DNA of 63,095 bases, counting the filler, from Dugesia japonica (taxonomy: Eukaryota), in assembly GCA_001938525.1 (NCBI GenBank). It is 5 parts of 5 records of this genome, joined end to end, with 100 filler letters (N's around TTAATTAATTAA, not from the genome) between each part and the next. Parts side by side here need not be neighbours in the genome. Positions count along the whole stretch, not along the records: positions 1 to 16,931 come from MQRL01609157.1; positions 17,032 to 29,629 come from MQRL01598263.1; 3 more parts are not named here. The stretch is one strand, 5' to 3'. The position numbers and the translations under genes were made by a program. Positions 12,901 to 26,200 of this stretch are shown piece by piece (the stretch's first letter is position 1; each line of letters starts with the position of its first letter). The notes beneath the pieces were generated by a model. The model was not told the origin of the DNA, searched no databases, and saw nothing but the letters and a program-made list of their open reading frames with translations.

Positions 12901-15388
12901 CAACCAACTCCTCTACTGGTGGAGCCCTGCCTTTTGGTTACTGACTTTCATAATCACTTTCATATACTTCCTCATATCCATAGTTTGTACTGACATCTTC
13001 ATCTTCAATCGAATGTACACGATTATATCGAATTCTTGATCTTTCTGTAGTCATAAATTTCTCACTTGTNNTTTTCGCTTTCAAATTTGTATAGCACTCT
13101 TCTGCTCTATGTTCCCAATTACCATATCGTTTACACCTCACTTCTTGACATAACCTTCTAATATGGCCAACTTTTCAACAACCAAAAAATGTTGTTAGTT
13201 TTTTTGGATGGCCAATCTCGACTTATATGTCCTGTTTTATGACAACTCCAGCACTCTACCACTTTTTTGGTCGGACAATTTGCTTTAGTATGACCAATCT
13301 TATGACATNNNNNNNNNNNNATATTTTGTTTTTCCTTTCTTTGCTCCACATGTCTATTCACTGTATGATTTACAGGTTTCTGATAATTTCGATTTGTAAC
13401 TCTAGCGTAACTTCTAACTGCATCAACTCAATCTCTGTTTTTCTCTACTCGCTCTACTTACGTCATTGTTTCTTCAATTTCTTCTATATTCTGTTGTTTC
13501 CACAAAGTCACTTCTCTTCAACTTTTATGATATTTGACCATATACCAGCATCTATGATACCATTTTTTCTCCAGTAAAATCTTTATTTGTAAATAATCAT
13601 TTTACTAAATCTTTTAAATTTTTAAAATAAACTTGAATCTCTTCATTTCCACGCCTGTAGTTAATCAAATTTTGAAAATCTTTGATAACATCTTTCTCTT
13701 TCTCAAATGCCAAACGTAAACGAACCTTCAACGTTTTTCAACGTCTTTGCATATTCTTCCAACAAATCTTCATCTAACAAACAAGAGACTAATCTCTCCT
13801 GTTGTCTTACATGGGTGATGTTTTTAGCTTCAAAATACAATTCACACCGCTTGATAAATTTCTCAATATATCTCCTCTGCAGAACACATTTGGCAATAAT
13901 CTCTCTGAAATAGAATCAGTATTTACCGCTGCCACCATGTTAGGTAAATCTTCAATTGGTAATTCATTTTGCAAATCACTACNNNNNNNNNNNNNNNNNN
14001 NNNNNNNNNNNNNNNNNNNNNNNNNNNNNNNNNTGAAATACAAGCATTTCAATATTAATATTTATATAACTCAATTTCTATTGATTGAAATTATTAGTTA
14101 ATAACTATTTCCAAAATTTAATATCAAAATGTAATTTTTAACTTTTTCATCAGATTTAATATCAACGCTTCGTTCAAGCTGACATCCAAATATCTTTTGC
14201 ATATCTCTTCATCCATTCAGATCTAGTGACTGCCTTTCTACAACTAAGAAAGTGACCTATTTCCAAACGTCATCAATTTTCAGTTCTGACTTTTCCAACA
14301 ATTTTCAGTGAACTATCGTTTGCGCAACACAATTTTTCGTTGCTCATTTCTAAATGTATTTCTCGAAATTTATTAAAACCATTTTAACTCATAATGTTAA
14401 TTCAACCCCTCTATATCTAAAAGATATTCAACTCTATTTCCATAAATTGATACCGTAACACTTGGTCTGCCTTGCAATTTATGGTACGAAATATTTGTTT
14501 TCTGATATGCTTCAATTGTTCAAAAAGCATTATATTTTTCAAAATTTTCCTTTTTTATAAACCTGCAAACTTTTTCTGTAATTTTCCCAATATCATTCAA
14601 CTTTTCGATCCCTCAAGGATAATCAATTATTTAATTTAAGAATAAATGGCTCTAACCAACTTTGCTACTGGTGGAACCCTGTCTTTTTGGTACTGTCTTC
14701 CAAAACCACTTTCATATATTTGCTCATATCCATCATGTGTATTGACATCTTCATCTACAATCACATGTATTCGATTATATCGGTTTCCTGGCCTTTCAGC
14801 AGTCATAAATTTCTCAGATTTTCTTTTCATTCTCAAATTTGTGTAGCATTCTTATGCTAATTTTCACCATTTCCACATTGATTACACTTCATTTCTTGAT
14901 ATAACCTTCTAATATGGCCTATTTTTTCCACAACGAGAGCATTTTGTTGGTTTTATATCTGGGCAAATTCAACTTATATCCTTTTTATGACAAGTCCAAC
15001 ACTCTACTACTTTTTCGTTGAACAATTTGCTTTAGTATGACCGATCTTATGACTTGACCAACATTCCATATTTTGTTTTTCATCCATTTAATCACCAAGT
15101 CTACTTGCTGCATGATTTAAAGGTTCCTGATAATTTCGACTTGTACCTCTGGCGTAATTTCTAGCTGCATCAAATGGATCTCTTCCTTTCTCTATTTGAT
15201 CTAATAATGTAATTGTTTCTTTTATTCGTTCTATATTCTCTTTTAAAATAAAAAAACATTAAAAAGCATAATAAAAAAATGAAAAACCACACAGTACTTA
15301 AAATATACTGAAATTGTTATTATTTTAAATAATAAGCATGACATATCACTCAGTTTAAATGACTCTTTTTAGCAATATATTTAATTTT

Positions 15389-16305
15389 TAAAAGATTAAT
15401 GAAGTATGGTCCATGTAGAAACATTTAGAAAATTTATACTAAAGAGAGAAAATAAGCTTTAAGATCCAATACAAAATAGTGAAAAATATAAATAATTATG
15501 ACAAAATATGGAAAATATGGGTAAATAGTGATAAATAACGACAAATATTGAAAATGATGAAAAATAGAGAAAATTGAGGAAAGGTGTATAAATTTAGCAT
15601 ATTAAATTTAATTCTTGGCGAGAAGATTTATTCTATTGTGTATTTTCTATGACCAAACCAGTATTTCTCGAGGTAAAACTCATATTTTCTATGAAACGTC
15701 CATAGTGTTTTAATGATAAAGCTAGAACTTTCAACGATGAACCAATATTTTCCATGTTGAAACTCATATTTTCAATAACGAAACCATATAATAATGTATA
15801 CTTAATAGTCAAAAGAATGACTTTTGTTAACAAAAACAACTATTTATTAGATATAAAACCATAAAACCGAAGTGCACGCAGAGGGGCAAACGAGTAACAG
15901 ACAGGAGCAAGCAAACAGATGAATGATATAGATTTTATTGAAAAGGATACATATAATCAAAAACATAGTTTAAGTAACACTCGGTCCATAACGTAACAAA
16001 TACACACATGTAATCTATTCCGTAATAATTAATCTTTAGTTGCTATGTTACGTAAAAAATTCTAATGGTAAACGCTAAATTTATCCACTTTTTGTAAATT
16101 TTACTCAAATTTCTCTATTTTTCATCATTTTCAATATTTGTCGTTATTTACCACTATTTACCCATATTTTCTCTATTTTTCCATATTTTGTCATAATTCT
16201 TTATATTTTTCCTTATTTTTCTCTATTTTGTATTGAATCTTAAAGCATATTTTCTCTCTTAAGTATAAATTTTTTTTTCATAGACCATACTTCATTAATC
16301 TTTTA
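15389..16305. repeat. Long inverted repeat / foldback (MITE-like) element, ~200-bp arms
   Basis: 15389-15580 (TAAAAGATTAATGAAGTATGGTC...) is the reverse complement of ~16100-16305 (...GACCATACTTCATTAATCTTTTA), with a ~520-bp non-coding spacer. Confidence 0.8.
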
Positions 16306-16975
16306 GTATCGTCAAGTGTCAGGCTGAAACGTACGTTTTTGGTTTTTTGAGAAATTATTTCCAAAATTGTCGACTGCCGAATTTTTTTGCTGTATTGCAT
16401 CACGACTTTTTAAATACTGGTAGGAAATTTCGGAATATCACTAAATCTCGGCGTTCGTAAACATTTTCTTAAAAACGGTAATCCGTCTGAACCTACCATT
16501 CGAGATATTGCCGCAGCACAACTTTCGTCTACTTTTAAAAATAAAAATCTATGATCGTTTTGCATTTTCTAGCTAAATAGCCGGTATTTGCACCAGCAAC
16601 ACTCGTATCATCAATTTTTCGTTTATTTAAAAACTTTTAACTTTTTGTGAAATAAATATTTTATATGATGACGGACTCTTTTCTGAATGAGCATCTATGC
16701 TCTGTTTCTAATATTGTTGGAACGAAACACCCGCGAAGAAAATATGACGACTCAAAAATTCGGAACTCACTAAAAGAAACCCTAAAACATATAAACGGCC
16801 GTATAACGGGATTCCCTGAGAGAAGCAATTGTGATTGAGGAGCTTGTAATGGTAAAAAACCTGTAAAGAAAAAAAAATAACATCGAAGGTGGTCCAACAG
16901 ATTCCATAGTATGAAATCACTCATGTAGGTANNNNNNNNNNNNNNNNNNNNNNNNNNNNNNNNNNNNNNNNNNNN

Positions 16976-16987
16976 TTAATTAATTAA
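16976..16987. other. Artificial contig linker (TTAATTAATTAA within N run)
   Basis: 12-mer with stops in all six frames, flanked by ~44 N on each side; recurs four times. Confidence 0.95.
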
Positions 16988-17959
16988 NNNNNNNNNNNNN
17001 NNNNNNNNNNNNNNNNNNNNNNNNNNNNNNNAAATTTTAACTATTAAATAAATAAAAATTTCACCATAATTTCAGAAATCATATATATTTTTTCCAAATG
17101 TGCTTATAAAAATGTGTGTTTTTTNNNNNNNNNNNNNNNNNNNNNNNNNNNNNNNNNNNNNNNNNNNNNNNNNNNNNNNNNATATGTTTGCTCTTCACTG
17201 ATTTATATAATCAATAATAACTGATTTATAAATTTCATTTTCGTATTTACATAATAGAAATAAAAATTAAATAATAGTAATCAATAATAAAATGAAATAC
17301 ATAAAAATAAAATAAAAATGTCAAATTGATTGTTCACATTGGGATAAAAATACATAAAAATAAAATTGTTCGAATCACAAATAAAAATGTCAAATTAATT
17401 GTTCANNNNNNNNNNNNNNNNNNNNNNNNNNNNNNNNNNNNNNNNNNNNNNNNNNNNNNNNNNNNNNNNNNNNNNNNNNNNNNNNNNNNNNNNNNNNNNN
17501 NNNNNNNNNNNNNNNNNNNNNNNNNNNNNNNNNNNNNNNNNNNNNNNNNNNNNNNNNNNNNNNNNNNNNNNNNNNNNNNNNNNNNNNNNNNNNNNNNNGC
17601 TGGCTGAGGTACTGGATGTTTCAATTATGTATTATGTATGCGGGTTGTTTGTTGTGTGTGCTTATTTAGGGTTGGTATTTAGGGTTGGTATTCGTTTTCC
17701 CCAACACTAAGATATTTTCCGATTTTGGGAGACAAAAAATTGAATGAATGGAAAATAACTGAGGGAATTAAATAATAATTAGAATAAAAAAATTTTGAAT
17801 CAATGATTTATTTATTTTAACTAAATAATCGGTAATTTTTGAATATGTCTACCTTTTTGCCTTATTATAATATTTTTCTAATATTTTCAATGCATCAATG
17901 GTTTCCAAATTTACATTTTTATCATTTAAAATTTGATTTTTAATTATCATGTATGATTT

Positions 17960-18910
17960 ATATCCCTCATTTATATAAATATCAATTCATTATTTTTTTT
18001 TCGTTAATTTCGTTGTCTTCATCTAACATAATTTCCTCTTGAATTCCTGTCATCACATAATTCTACANNNNNNNNNNNNNNNNNNNNNNNNNNNNNNNNN
18101 NNNNNNNNNNNNNNNNNNNNNNNNNNNNNNNNNNNNNNNNNNNNNNNNNNNNNNNNNNNNNNNNNNNNNNNNNNNNNNNNNNNNNNNNNNNNNNNNNNNN
18201 NNNNNNNNNNNNNNNNNNNNNNNNNNNNNNNNNNNNNNNNNNNNNNNNNNNNNNNNNNNNNNNNNNNNNNNNNNNNNNNNNNNNNNNNNNNNNNNNNNNN
18301 NNNNNTGAAATTTTGTGTTATAAATAAAAATTTATTGAAGTTAATGGACTTTTCAGAAAGTTTATCAGTAACTAACAATTAATATATAGCTGAATATGTT
18401 CTTCTTCATTAATGATTTCATTATTACAAGAAACAATCTCTAAGATACAACCAGCAATTAAAAACAGTTTCCTTTATCATATCATTCCATGCCCAACTAG
18501 TTCAAAGAAACAGATTTTTAATATTAAATTCTTTAAATACAGCTTCTGTATTAATATTGTTATCGACTTTTAATAATGCATTTGATATTTAATAATTGTA
18601 ATATTTACTTTCTACATTTTTATTATCCCACAATCAAGAGGCTGAGTTATTGATGTTGAATTTTTTGGAAAATGTTAAAGTTTGAGATTATTCAGTTGAA
18701 AATCAATAAAATGTGGTTGAAAATTATCCAATAAAAGCAAACCACGTCTTTGTTTAATTCTTAACATCTTATCACAATCAATTAACCATTTGCTAAATTC
18801 TTTGTGTGTAATCCACGCCGAATGATTACTAGAGTAGTTACATAATGAGGAATAATTAACATTTTTCAATGCTCGTGGATTTTTTGCTATTCCAATAATA
18901 AACGGTTACA
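17960..18910 (-). mobile_element. pogo/Tigger transposase remnant (DDE_1 domain)
   Basis: IIGIAKNPRALKN...SAWIT..EF.KWL...RRGLLLLDNFQPH...FPKNSTSITQPLDCGII. Stops and an N gap are present. Confidence 0.85.
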
Positions 18911-20092
18911 ATTTATTTGTTTGCACAATTTAATTTTAAGAATTTCTGTCGAATCCAAATTTTTGTTTGTTGTTATTAGTTAAATTCAAAACCTCACAAC
19001 TCTTCATTAGTTTTTATTTATTATTACAAGTTTTTGATTAAAGTGGAAAAAAGTTGAAGATTAATACACAGTATTCAAACAAGTAAGCTAAGAAATTTTA
19101 ATAAAATATTTTAAAATGTCGATTTTAATTTTATGAAATATTTTATTTTATATATCTTTAATTGCTTCCAAACATAATTTCACAAAATAATCTTAATACT
19201 TTTAAAATGTTGACTAATATTATATAAAGAAATTATTTCAATAATTTGTATTTAAAAAATGTTTATATATTAAAAATTTGTTTTACTTTTTTNNNNNNTA
19301 ATTTTTGAATGTTTTAAAAAATAAATTTTAATATAATAAATATAAAAATTAAAAAAATCTCTCAGTTATTTGAAATCTATTAATCAATCTTATAATCATG
19401 TCGGTGGCATATGCATTTTTTGTGGACTTAAAAATGGATTGGAGCCACCATTTTTAAAATTATGGCCTTGAACACTATATACAAAATATGGAGAATTTAA
19501 TTTTTAAAACTTTATTTGCTCATTGTATCCCATAAAAATACTTCTTTTTTGAGATATTTTTTATTTTTAAAATTTGACTCTAAGGGGTGCCTATATCATT
19601 GAATTTACATTCAAAAACTGTTTATACATTACCTAAAGAACTAGTGTCTAAAAACGTTTCCTGTCTTGCAACCATTGATCCACTTATTCTAATTATCCTG
19701 CTTAAAGATGGAATTAAAATCAAGTAATAATTTCATAAAAAGAATAATCAAAATATTTTAAAAAAAGACAATATTTTTTTTGAAGTAGAAATGTGCCACA
19801 GGTCGTATTTTCGACAGCCCTAATATAATCTATTTTTGCCATATAAACAGCAGATTTCACATTTGTATTTTTTCATATTTTAAAAACTTATTATTTAAAA
19901 CGAAGAAANGTATTTTAACAGTTTAAATGTGAGTGATAAATTACATACGTACTTCGGTATTTTAGACGTATACTTAAAAGTTTGTATGTTACAATAGTTC
20001 GTGTTGTTTGACTTTGACATATGCTGATACTTGAAAATCGTTCGGTTTGTTTATTATAAATTGTAACAAATTTTCAAATATAATATTTTAGT

Positions 20093-20275
20093 ATGCCATT
20101 TAAAGATTCTCTTATACAATTTTTGGAAAATAATCGCGGACTTGTCGTTGTATTATTCTGTTTACCAGCGTCTTTCGTTTTTGGAATTTTCATAAATATT
20201 AGAGCATTTATTTTCCAATTAATTTCCAAATTTTCCGGCTCACATTTAGATAGAGTACGAAAAATCCAAAATCAG
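20093..20275 (+). CDS. DHCR24: Delta(24)-sterol reductase-like, exon 1
   Basis: MPFKDSLIQFLENNRGLVVVLFCLPASF...HLDRVRKIQNQ matches the DHCR24 N-terminal membrane anchor and 'H..RV..IQ.Q' motif. GT donor at 20276, phase 0. Confidence 0.9.
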
Positions 20276-21719
20276 GTATTTAATTTATTTTGGAAAATAA
20301 AAACTTTTCTGCAAGAAAATTATCGTTCAATACATTTTTTAAAAATAATTTAGTCAATTTAATTTAAAATTCATAAAAAAGCAAATTAATTTATGATTTT
20401 TTCCATGATGTTTTCAGATTAATTGTAATCGCTCTTTAGAAATAAATTCAGTTTTTTATTATAATAATTTATTATTTAATCTCGAGTTTTTTAAATTGAT
20501 CTTTAAAAGTTGGAAATTATTGTTAATGTAAATTGAACATGGTTTTCTTAAAATTGTTTATTAACACTAGATTTACGGATATTGATTATATATATATTTT
20601 ATTTCTACAAGAACCTGCTTTAATACTATATTTCCGTGCCATCTGGTCAAATACATCCAGGTCATACTTGGTTCTGTTAGATGAGTTTTGAGAACTGATC
20701 GGATCAACAATATCAGAACTCGAATTCATTACAAGATTTATTAAAACAAAATCTATACTTAACACTATTTGTTGATTCATTGGTGATTTCATTGGTGATC
20801 ATTTTTTAAAATTTTAAATCGAAAATTTTATTTATTAAAAATTAATTTTATTTTATTTTTTAAAAAATTTAATTGATTATTCAACTGTCATTCTTGAAAT
20901 TTAAAATCGAAACTTTAATTAGCCAAATTTTCGTTTACTCAAAAATTTTAATTGGTCATTAAACCAAATATTTGTTATTTAAATTTTTCATCCATAATTT
21001 AAATCTTTCTTTTTAACAAAAGATTTTAAAAATATGATCACCAATCACAAAAAATTTCAACTCGCTTTTCAAAACACACTCTCAGGTAATATAATAAAAT
21101 GTTAGTGTTTTCGAAATAGGTTTTGTTTTTATAAATAAATATACATATTTTGTTGTTTAATCTATTTCAACATGGCATAAGTCTTTATGAAATTTGTTAA
21201 CAAAATTAGTTCCGCATTTTTTGGGAACCACATTCTTTTGCTCACTATTCGAATCTATTACCAACATATTGTCTTCAATTTTGATAAATACCCTTATGTT
21301 TTATTCAGCTTTCCTATCACCCTCTGATCATAATGCCAAAATCACACTTTTGTTTTTTAATTGTTTTGTGCTCTAATCATTCTGCTAAGCGTCCATTCTT
21401 CTTGCTAATTTTTATCGATGCTTTTTTTAAACTTTGGTTATAAATACTACATCTATCTTTCAAAAAATGACTTTTCCTTTGAATTCTTTTTAAAAATATC
21501 TTATTTTACACAAAATCTATAGGGATTTCTCTATTTTATGCAGGGTACATCAGCTATTCGAGAACAAAATTCTGTATCAAAATAGTAAATAACCATTTTG
21601 ATAAATATTCATTAAATCGTTGATTCATTAACTTAACAATACATGTTTTTTGCGTTAGAAATAAAAAAATACACTTACAATATTACACAATTTATGAAAA
21701 GACATAATTTTTGTTGAAT

Positions 21720-22645
21720 TAACCACAAAAATATTAATATTGAAATTGCAAATTTTTTCTTTGCCCACAATCCTTTGTGTTGGAAATTAGAAAAAAACTT
21801 CTGGTATCTGAGGAAGATATGTTTTGTATATCTAAAAGGTATAAGCATTCTCGTTGAGAACTTGTCATGAATGAAGATTTTGTTCAACAAGTCCTCGGTA
21901 TCCTGGCACATCAATGAGAATATTTTTCAAACAACTGCATATATCAGAATCAACGAACACACTTAAGATACATTGTGACCTAGGATACAAGTCTTACGTT
22001 ATGAGTAGTGGACAACTTTTTTCAAATAAAATAAGGAAACCAATTTGTTGAACAAAGTCAAGAATCCTGAATGTAACAATATGATATATCTATTTTTAGA
22101 TGAGAATAAATTTGATCAAGATCAATAGAAGGAACGATACATGGCTTTACTTAAGTCTTTCTCAATTTGCTACTGTCATACACTCATAATGGTCATCATA
22201 TTTAATAGACTTATGTGTCGTCAGTAACGAAGGCCACGTAATGCCTCCGTAATTTTTCAAACAAGGACTTAAAATGAATGCAACTGATTGCATCAAGGTA
22301 ATATATTAGATTGAAGAAGTAACCTAAGGAAGGTCATACGTTTTCTAACAGGACTCAGCTCCTTGTCACACAATAGCCAAAATACAGGAATGGCTGACGG
22401 AGAACTTTTACAACTACGTCAATCCAAACTTATGGCCACTTAGTTTACCTGATTTGAATCTCGTGGACAATTTCCTCTGGAGTATCTTTGACAAGAAAAC
22501 AAACAAAAATCCTCACAATACCAGTGATTCATTACCGTTCTTTTATAAGTGATGTAATGGCTAAAATTAATAAAAATAATTTGATAAATGCATGCGACCG
22601 TTTTAGAAACCGTATTGACGCTGAGAGTGGTTTAATTGAATGAAA
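21720..22645 (+). mobile_element. Tc1/mariner maT (DD37D) transposase remnant in DHCR24 intron 1
   Basis: FLDENKFDQD (~22095) and QDSAPCH...LWPLSLPDLNLVDNFLW, with 37 residues counted between the 2nd and 3rd catalytic D. Many stops. Confidence 0.85.
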
Positions 22646-22869
22646 TTTAGAAAGTTCTTAAAACAATTATATTACTAAATATTGTATAAAATATATCCAC
22701 CTTTCTTAATAATATTATATTTAATTAAAACAGAGTTTTATTCTTAAATTGTTGAAAATTGTTAAATATGTGACCTTGAATATTTGTTTACATATTAAAA
22801 GTGTAAATAATAATATATCCTTTGAATTATATTGTGTCCGTTATTACTGATGTAACTAGCAATCATTAC

Positions 22870-23650
22870 CACGCCAAATCAATTATAAGGAATCAAGCAT
22901 TACAAACAAAATACATTTATGAAGCCTTACTAAAGGAATCACGAGAACTATTATTTCCAAGAACTACAAATTTGTGCAGGAAATTGTGATAAAGATCCAG
23001 TTACTTGATATTTTATTAGATGGATACTCTAGGGATTTGCAATTAGCTTTTAAATTACGAACCAAAATGGACGACAAATCAACAAGAGATTAATTTGAAT
23101 TAAAGTTTGTCAAAGTTTAATATTTTTTTTGAATGATCAAAGATTTTAGTATAGTCAGTCAAAAGCCTGATGAAAGTTATGAAAATTTCGAATAACGAGG
23201 TACAAATGCTGTGAAGGAAATATTCGAATTTGGATTATCAGCGGAAGAAATCGTAAAGCTAGTGATTCAAAAAAGAGTAAAATCTCAAGAATTAAAAAAT
23301 GCTTTTACCATGAAACCAGATTTGAATGCTGATAATATGTGACAGTTAACTGAAAATTATAAAAATAGATGAAGTTAAAGAAAAATCTTCAATAAATAAC
23401 TTATCATATTCTGAGGTAGCACCAGCTAATTACGGCCCAATGTAGAAAAGGATGGATACATGAAAAACTAAAAGTCGGAACTACATTTGAATTTGGAATA
23501 GGTCAGTGGTATCAGGGTTAACTCAGGTTGTTCATATTCCAGAAACAAATCCCAAAATTCAATCACAGACTCAAATCCAGAGAAACTTACCAACAACATC
23601 CATGAAGTTTTATAATCAATTAAAGGGTTTTCTACCTCCAAAAGAAGAGA
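22870..23650 (+). mobile_element. Probable retrotransposon gag-like remnant
   Basis: Broken frame SQKPDESYENFE*RG...AEEIVKLVIQKRVKSQELKNAF resembles a gag MHR-like 'Q..dEs...F..R' segment. No other domains seen. Confidence 0.4.
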
Positions 23651-23660
23651 TTTCAATATA

Positions 23661-23896
23661 CAGTAACTACTCTCTTATCCGCCAAAAACGGGACTGTGAA
23701 AAAAGGTGGCGTTTTCTAGAAAATGGCGGCTTTTAGAGTAAAAAATAATAAAATTTATAAAAAAATCCAATAAAAATGGAGGTTATTGGAGTTTGTGGAT
23801 AAGAGAGTTGGTGGATAAGAGAGTTTGTGGATAAGAGAGTTTGTGGATACGAGAGTTAGTGGATAAGAGAGTTGGTGGATAAGACAGTAGTTACTG
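23661..23896. mobile_element. pogo/Tigger-type MITE with internal 16-bp tandem array
   Basis: TIRs CAGTAACTACTCTCTTATCC / GGATAAGACAGTAGTTACTG with TA TSD. About 6 copies of GAGTTTGTGGATAAGA at 23789-23884. Confidence 0.9.
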
Positions 23897-25008
23897 TATA
23901 TTTCTATTTATTTAACATTTCATTTATAAGGAACAATCGAAAAATAATTTTTCAATACTCACAAGATGAGAAGACGATTGTAATAAATGTAATCGAACTA
24001 TAACTTGAGAACAAAAATAATTCATTAACAGACAGTTTTATTTAGAAATACAAACTAAACAAGAAGACTACTTCTATACGACACGGAATTTATTTTCCCA
24101 AAAGTAAAATATCACTTAAAACCTAGTTTAGCTTATTTATTTAAATGAAATTTCAAGTAAACTAATAATGAAATGCTTACAGCTTAATTCAGAGGAATTT
24201 TCAAATAGGACCTCCTTAAGAAAAGTATACACACCGGCTTTATTCTCAATGCCAACAAAGACTTTAAAATTTGGCGGAGAAAACATTTTTGTAGAAATCG
24301 ATGCAACATTAATTTCGAAAATATGAAAAAAATTATTGTGTACTCAATATCAAGAAATTCGGATATTTGTAAAGGACAGAAAGAGGTTCTAGGAAGCGGT
24401 TTGGATAAATAATTCGTTGTAGTAATTAATTTAAAATAAGCATTTATTTACTCGTAAAAAAATTATTATTTAATTACTTTTTGAAATATTTAAAAATCCA
24501 TATCTTTATATCAAATGTGCGACCAAAATATAAAATTAAAAAGAGAAAAGTTTCTTTAAATCTAGGAAAAAGGTTTAAGTAAGAAGTGAAAGTATTATGT
24601 GACAAACAGAAATGAAAATTGATTAAAATGATTTCAATAGTGACACATAAAGTAATGATGAGTCGGATTTTATTTAAACACTTTTGTTATTAATTGTTTA
24701 TGTGTGTAATATTTCAATTATTATAAATAATATGTAAACTATTTAATATAATCGTGAATTATTTAAAAAGTCTTTGATAAACATGCAACTTTTTTTGACA
24801 AACAGTGGGAAAAATTAATATTCAAATGGCACTTTTAACAGAGTGTTTTTTAAAGAGTCATTTAAAGAGTTTTCCGAAAATTCAATCCTAATACATCTAT
24901 CATAAATTTCTAAAACAATGATCCGAAATTTAACACTTTTTTAATTCAATCAAATTTACTAGTTTAAAGAAAAAATATTTAATGCTACTTTTACTTGTTA
25001 ATTTATAT

Positions 25009-25391
25009 CAGAGGTGTCATATTTTTTGAAGGTGTAGGCCAAATAATAATTTTCAGAATACTTCGCGGACCAAGGAAAAAAATGATTTAGAATTTGAAAA
25101 ATACATTAAATCATTACCGCTAATAATTCTGTAATAAAAGAAATTTAATCATATGTTTAACAAAAATGCATAAGTAGATAAAATGTTATAATAATTATTT
25201 TAACGAATAATTATAATTGATAGTAGCACAACTAATTAATTTTACAATTTAGATCTAATTATACTTTAGAAAGTGTTTCAATGCTAATATATAATTATAC
25301 CTTAAAATCAAATTCTACATTGATTTACGGATCAGAAAATCTCTAGTAGCGGGCCAGATTTGGACCGCGGACCGGGCGTTTGACACTTTTG
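25009..25391. mobile_element. hAT/Buster non-autonomous element (MITE)
   Basis: TIRs CAGAGGTGTCA / TGACACTTTTG and a perfect 8-bp TSD ATTTATAT (25001-25008, 25392-25399; nnnTAnnn). Confidence 0.9.
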
Positions 25392-25829
25392 ATTTATATT
25401 TTAATATATATGTATAAGATTTGCTAAATAATATATAATAAACAACACCAAAATACCAATATTTGGAGAAAACACAGATATGTTATCTTTTGATAATTTT
25501 TTGTGTTTCGCAGCACTTATTTAATATCAAAAGTATTACACGACCTATAAACGTTTTAGAATCCACGCATATTCTTTAGGTACGCTGTACTTATCACCAA
25601 AATAAATTCTCGCTAGTGTTTTTCTCAACAAAGATTTTATTACCAGCATTATTAAAACAAATTCCCACAATTATTAATAAAACACTTTTGATAACTTGTA
25701 TTGGTGAAAAATTCAGTGGTGAGAAAATCATTGCTGACAAATACAAAATTATAAGAAATATAAGAAATAAATTATTCCAATAAAATGAGTTTTATTAAAT
25801 TTCAAATTGATTTTGAATTTTTTCTTTAG

Positions 25830-26153
25830 ATTCGAAAATGGAATGAAATACCTAAAGAAAAAAGGAAATTACTTTGTAATTCTCGACCAAATTGGTTGTC
25901 TTTATCAACAAAATTTTTCCAGAAAGATGAATGTCACAAAGTTTCAATACCATTATTTCAGATTTTGGATTTCAATGAAAATAAACTAACTGTAACAGTT
26001 GAACCATATGTAACGGTTGGACAAATCACAGATTATTTAATTGAAAAAGGCTTTGTATTAGCTTGCACTTTAGAAATAAAAGATGCGACTTGTGGTGGTC
26101 TTGCGATGGGAGTTGGGATGACAACTCATTCACATAAAGTTGGATTATTTCAA
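25830..26153 (+). CDS. DHCR24: Delta(24)-sterol reductase-like, exon 2 (FAD-binding domain)
   Basis: After TTTAG: IRKWN...LCNSRPNWLSLS...VTVEPYVTVGQIT...LEIKDATCGGLAMGVGMTTHSHKVGLFQ. GT donor at 26154. Confidence 0.93.
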
Positions 26154-26200
26154 GTATGCTTGTTTTCTAGAACAAAAACGAATTTACCCTTATAATATAG

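Larger units (their letters stand above)
8802..14115 (-). mobile_element. Gypsy LTR retrotransposon B: both LTRs present, coding region decayed
   Basis: LTRs at 8802-8990 and 13938-~14115. PBS TGGTGGCAGCGGTAA (13923-13937, tRNA-Leu type) and PPT AAGAAGGGAG. Gag knuckles CWSCHKTGH (13158-13361), protease (12318-12587), RT (11512-12003), RNase H DTDAS (11158-11448), integrase (9000-10600). Confidence 0.92.
8484..15240 (-). mobile_element. Older Gypsy element C (gag/protease at 14116-15240; PR-RT junction at 8484-8801), split by element B
   Basis: 14116-15240 carries decayed CCHC knuckles and a protease paralogous to 12320-13450. 8520-8800 parallels 12100-12360. The two halves join colinearly across the B insertion point. 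Confidence 0.8.

Noticed and set aside
16310-16930. GC-richer stretch with overlapping short ORFs
   Set aside because: No recognisable motif or termini, and it is cut by a linker; cannot be supported as a gene or a defined element.
16976-16987. Palindromic TTAATTAATTAA as a piggyBac target or regulatory motif
   Set aside because: It is always centred in a fixed-size N block, so it is an assembly linker.
17666-17692. TTAGGG-containing repeat as interstitial telomere
   Set aside because: Only two copies of a 13-bp unit (TTAGGGTTGGTAT), not a TTAGGG array.
23789-23884. Regular short repeat array resembling a CRISPR
   Set aside because: Head-to-tail 16-mers with no unique spacers, inside a MITE, in a eukaryotic context with no cas genes.
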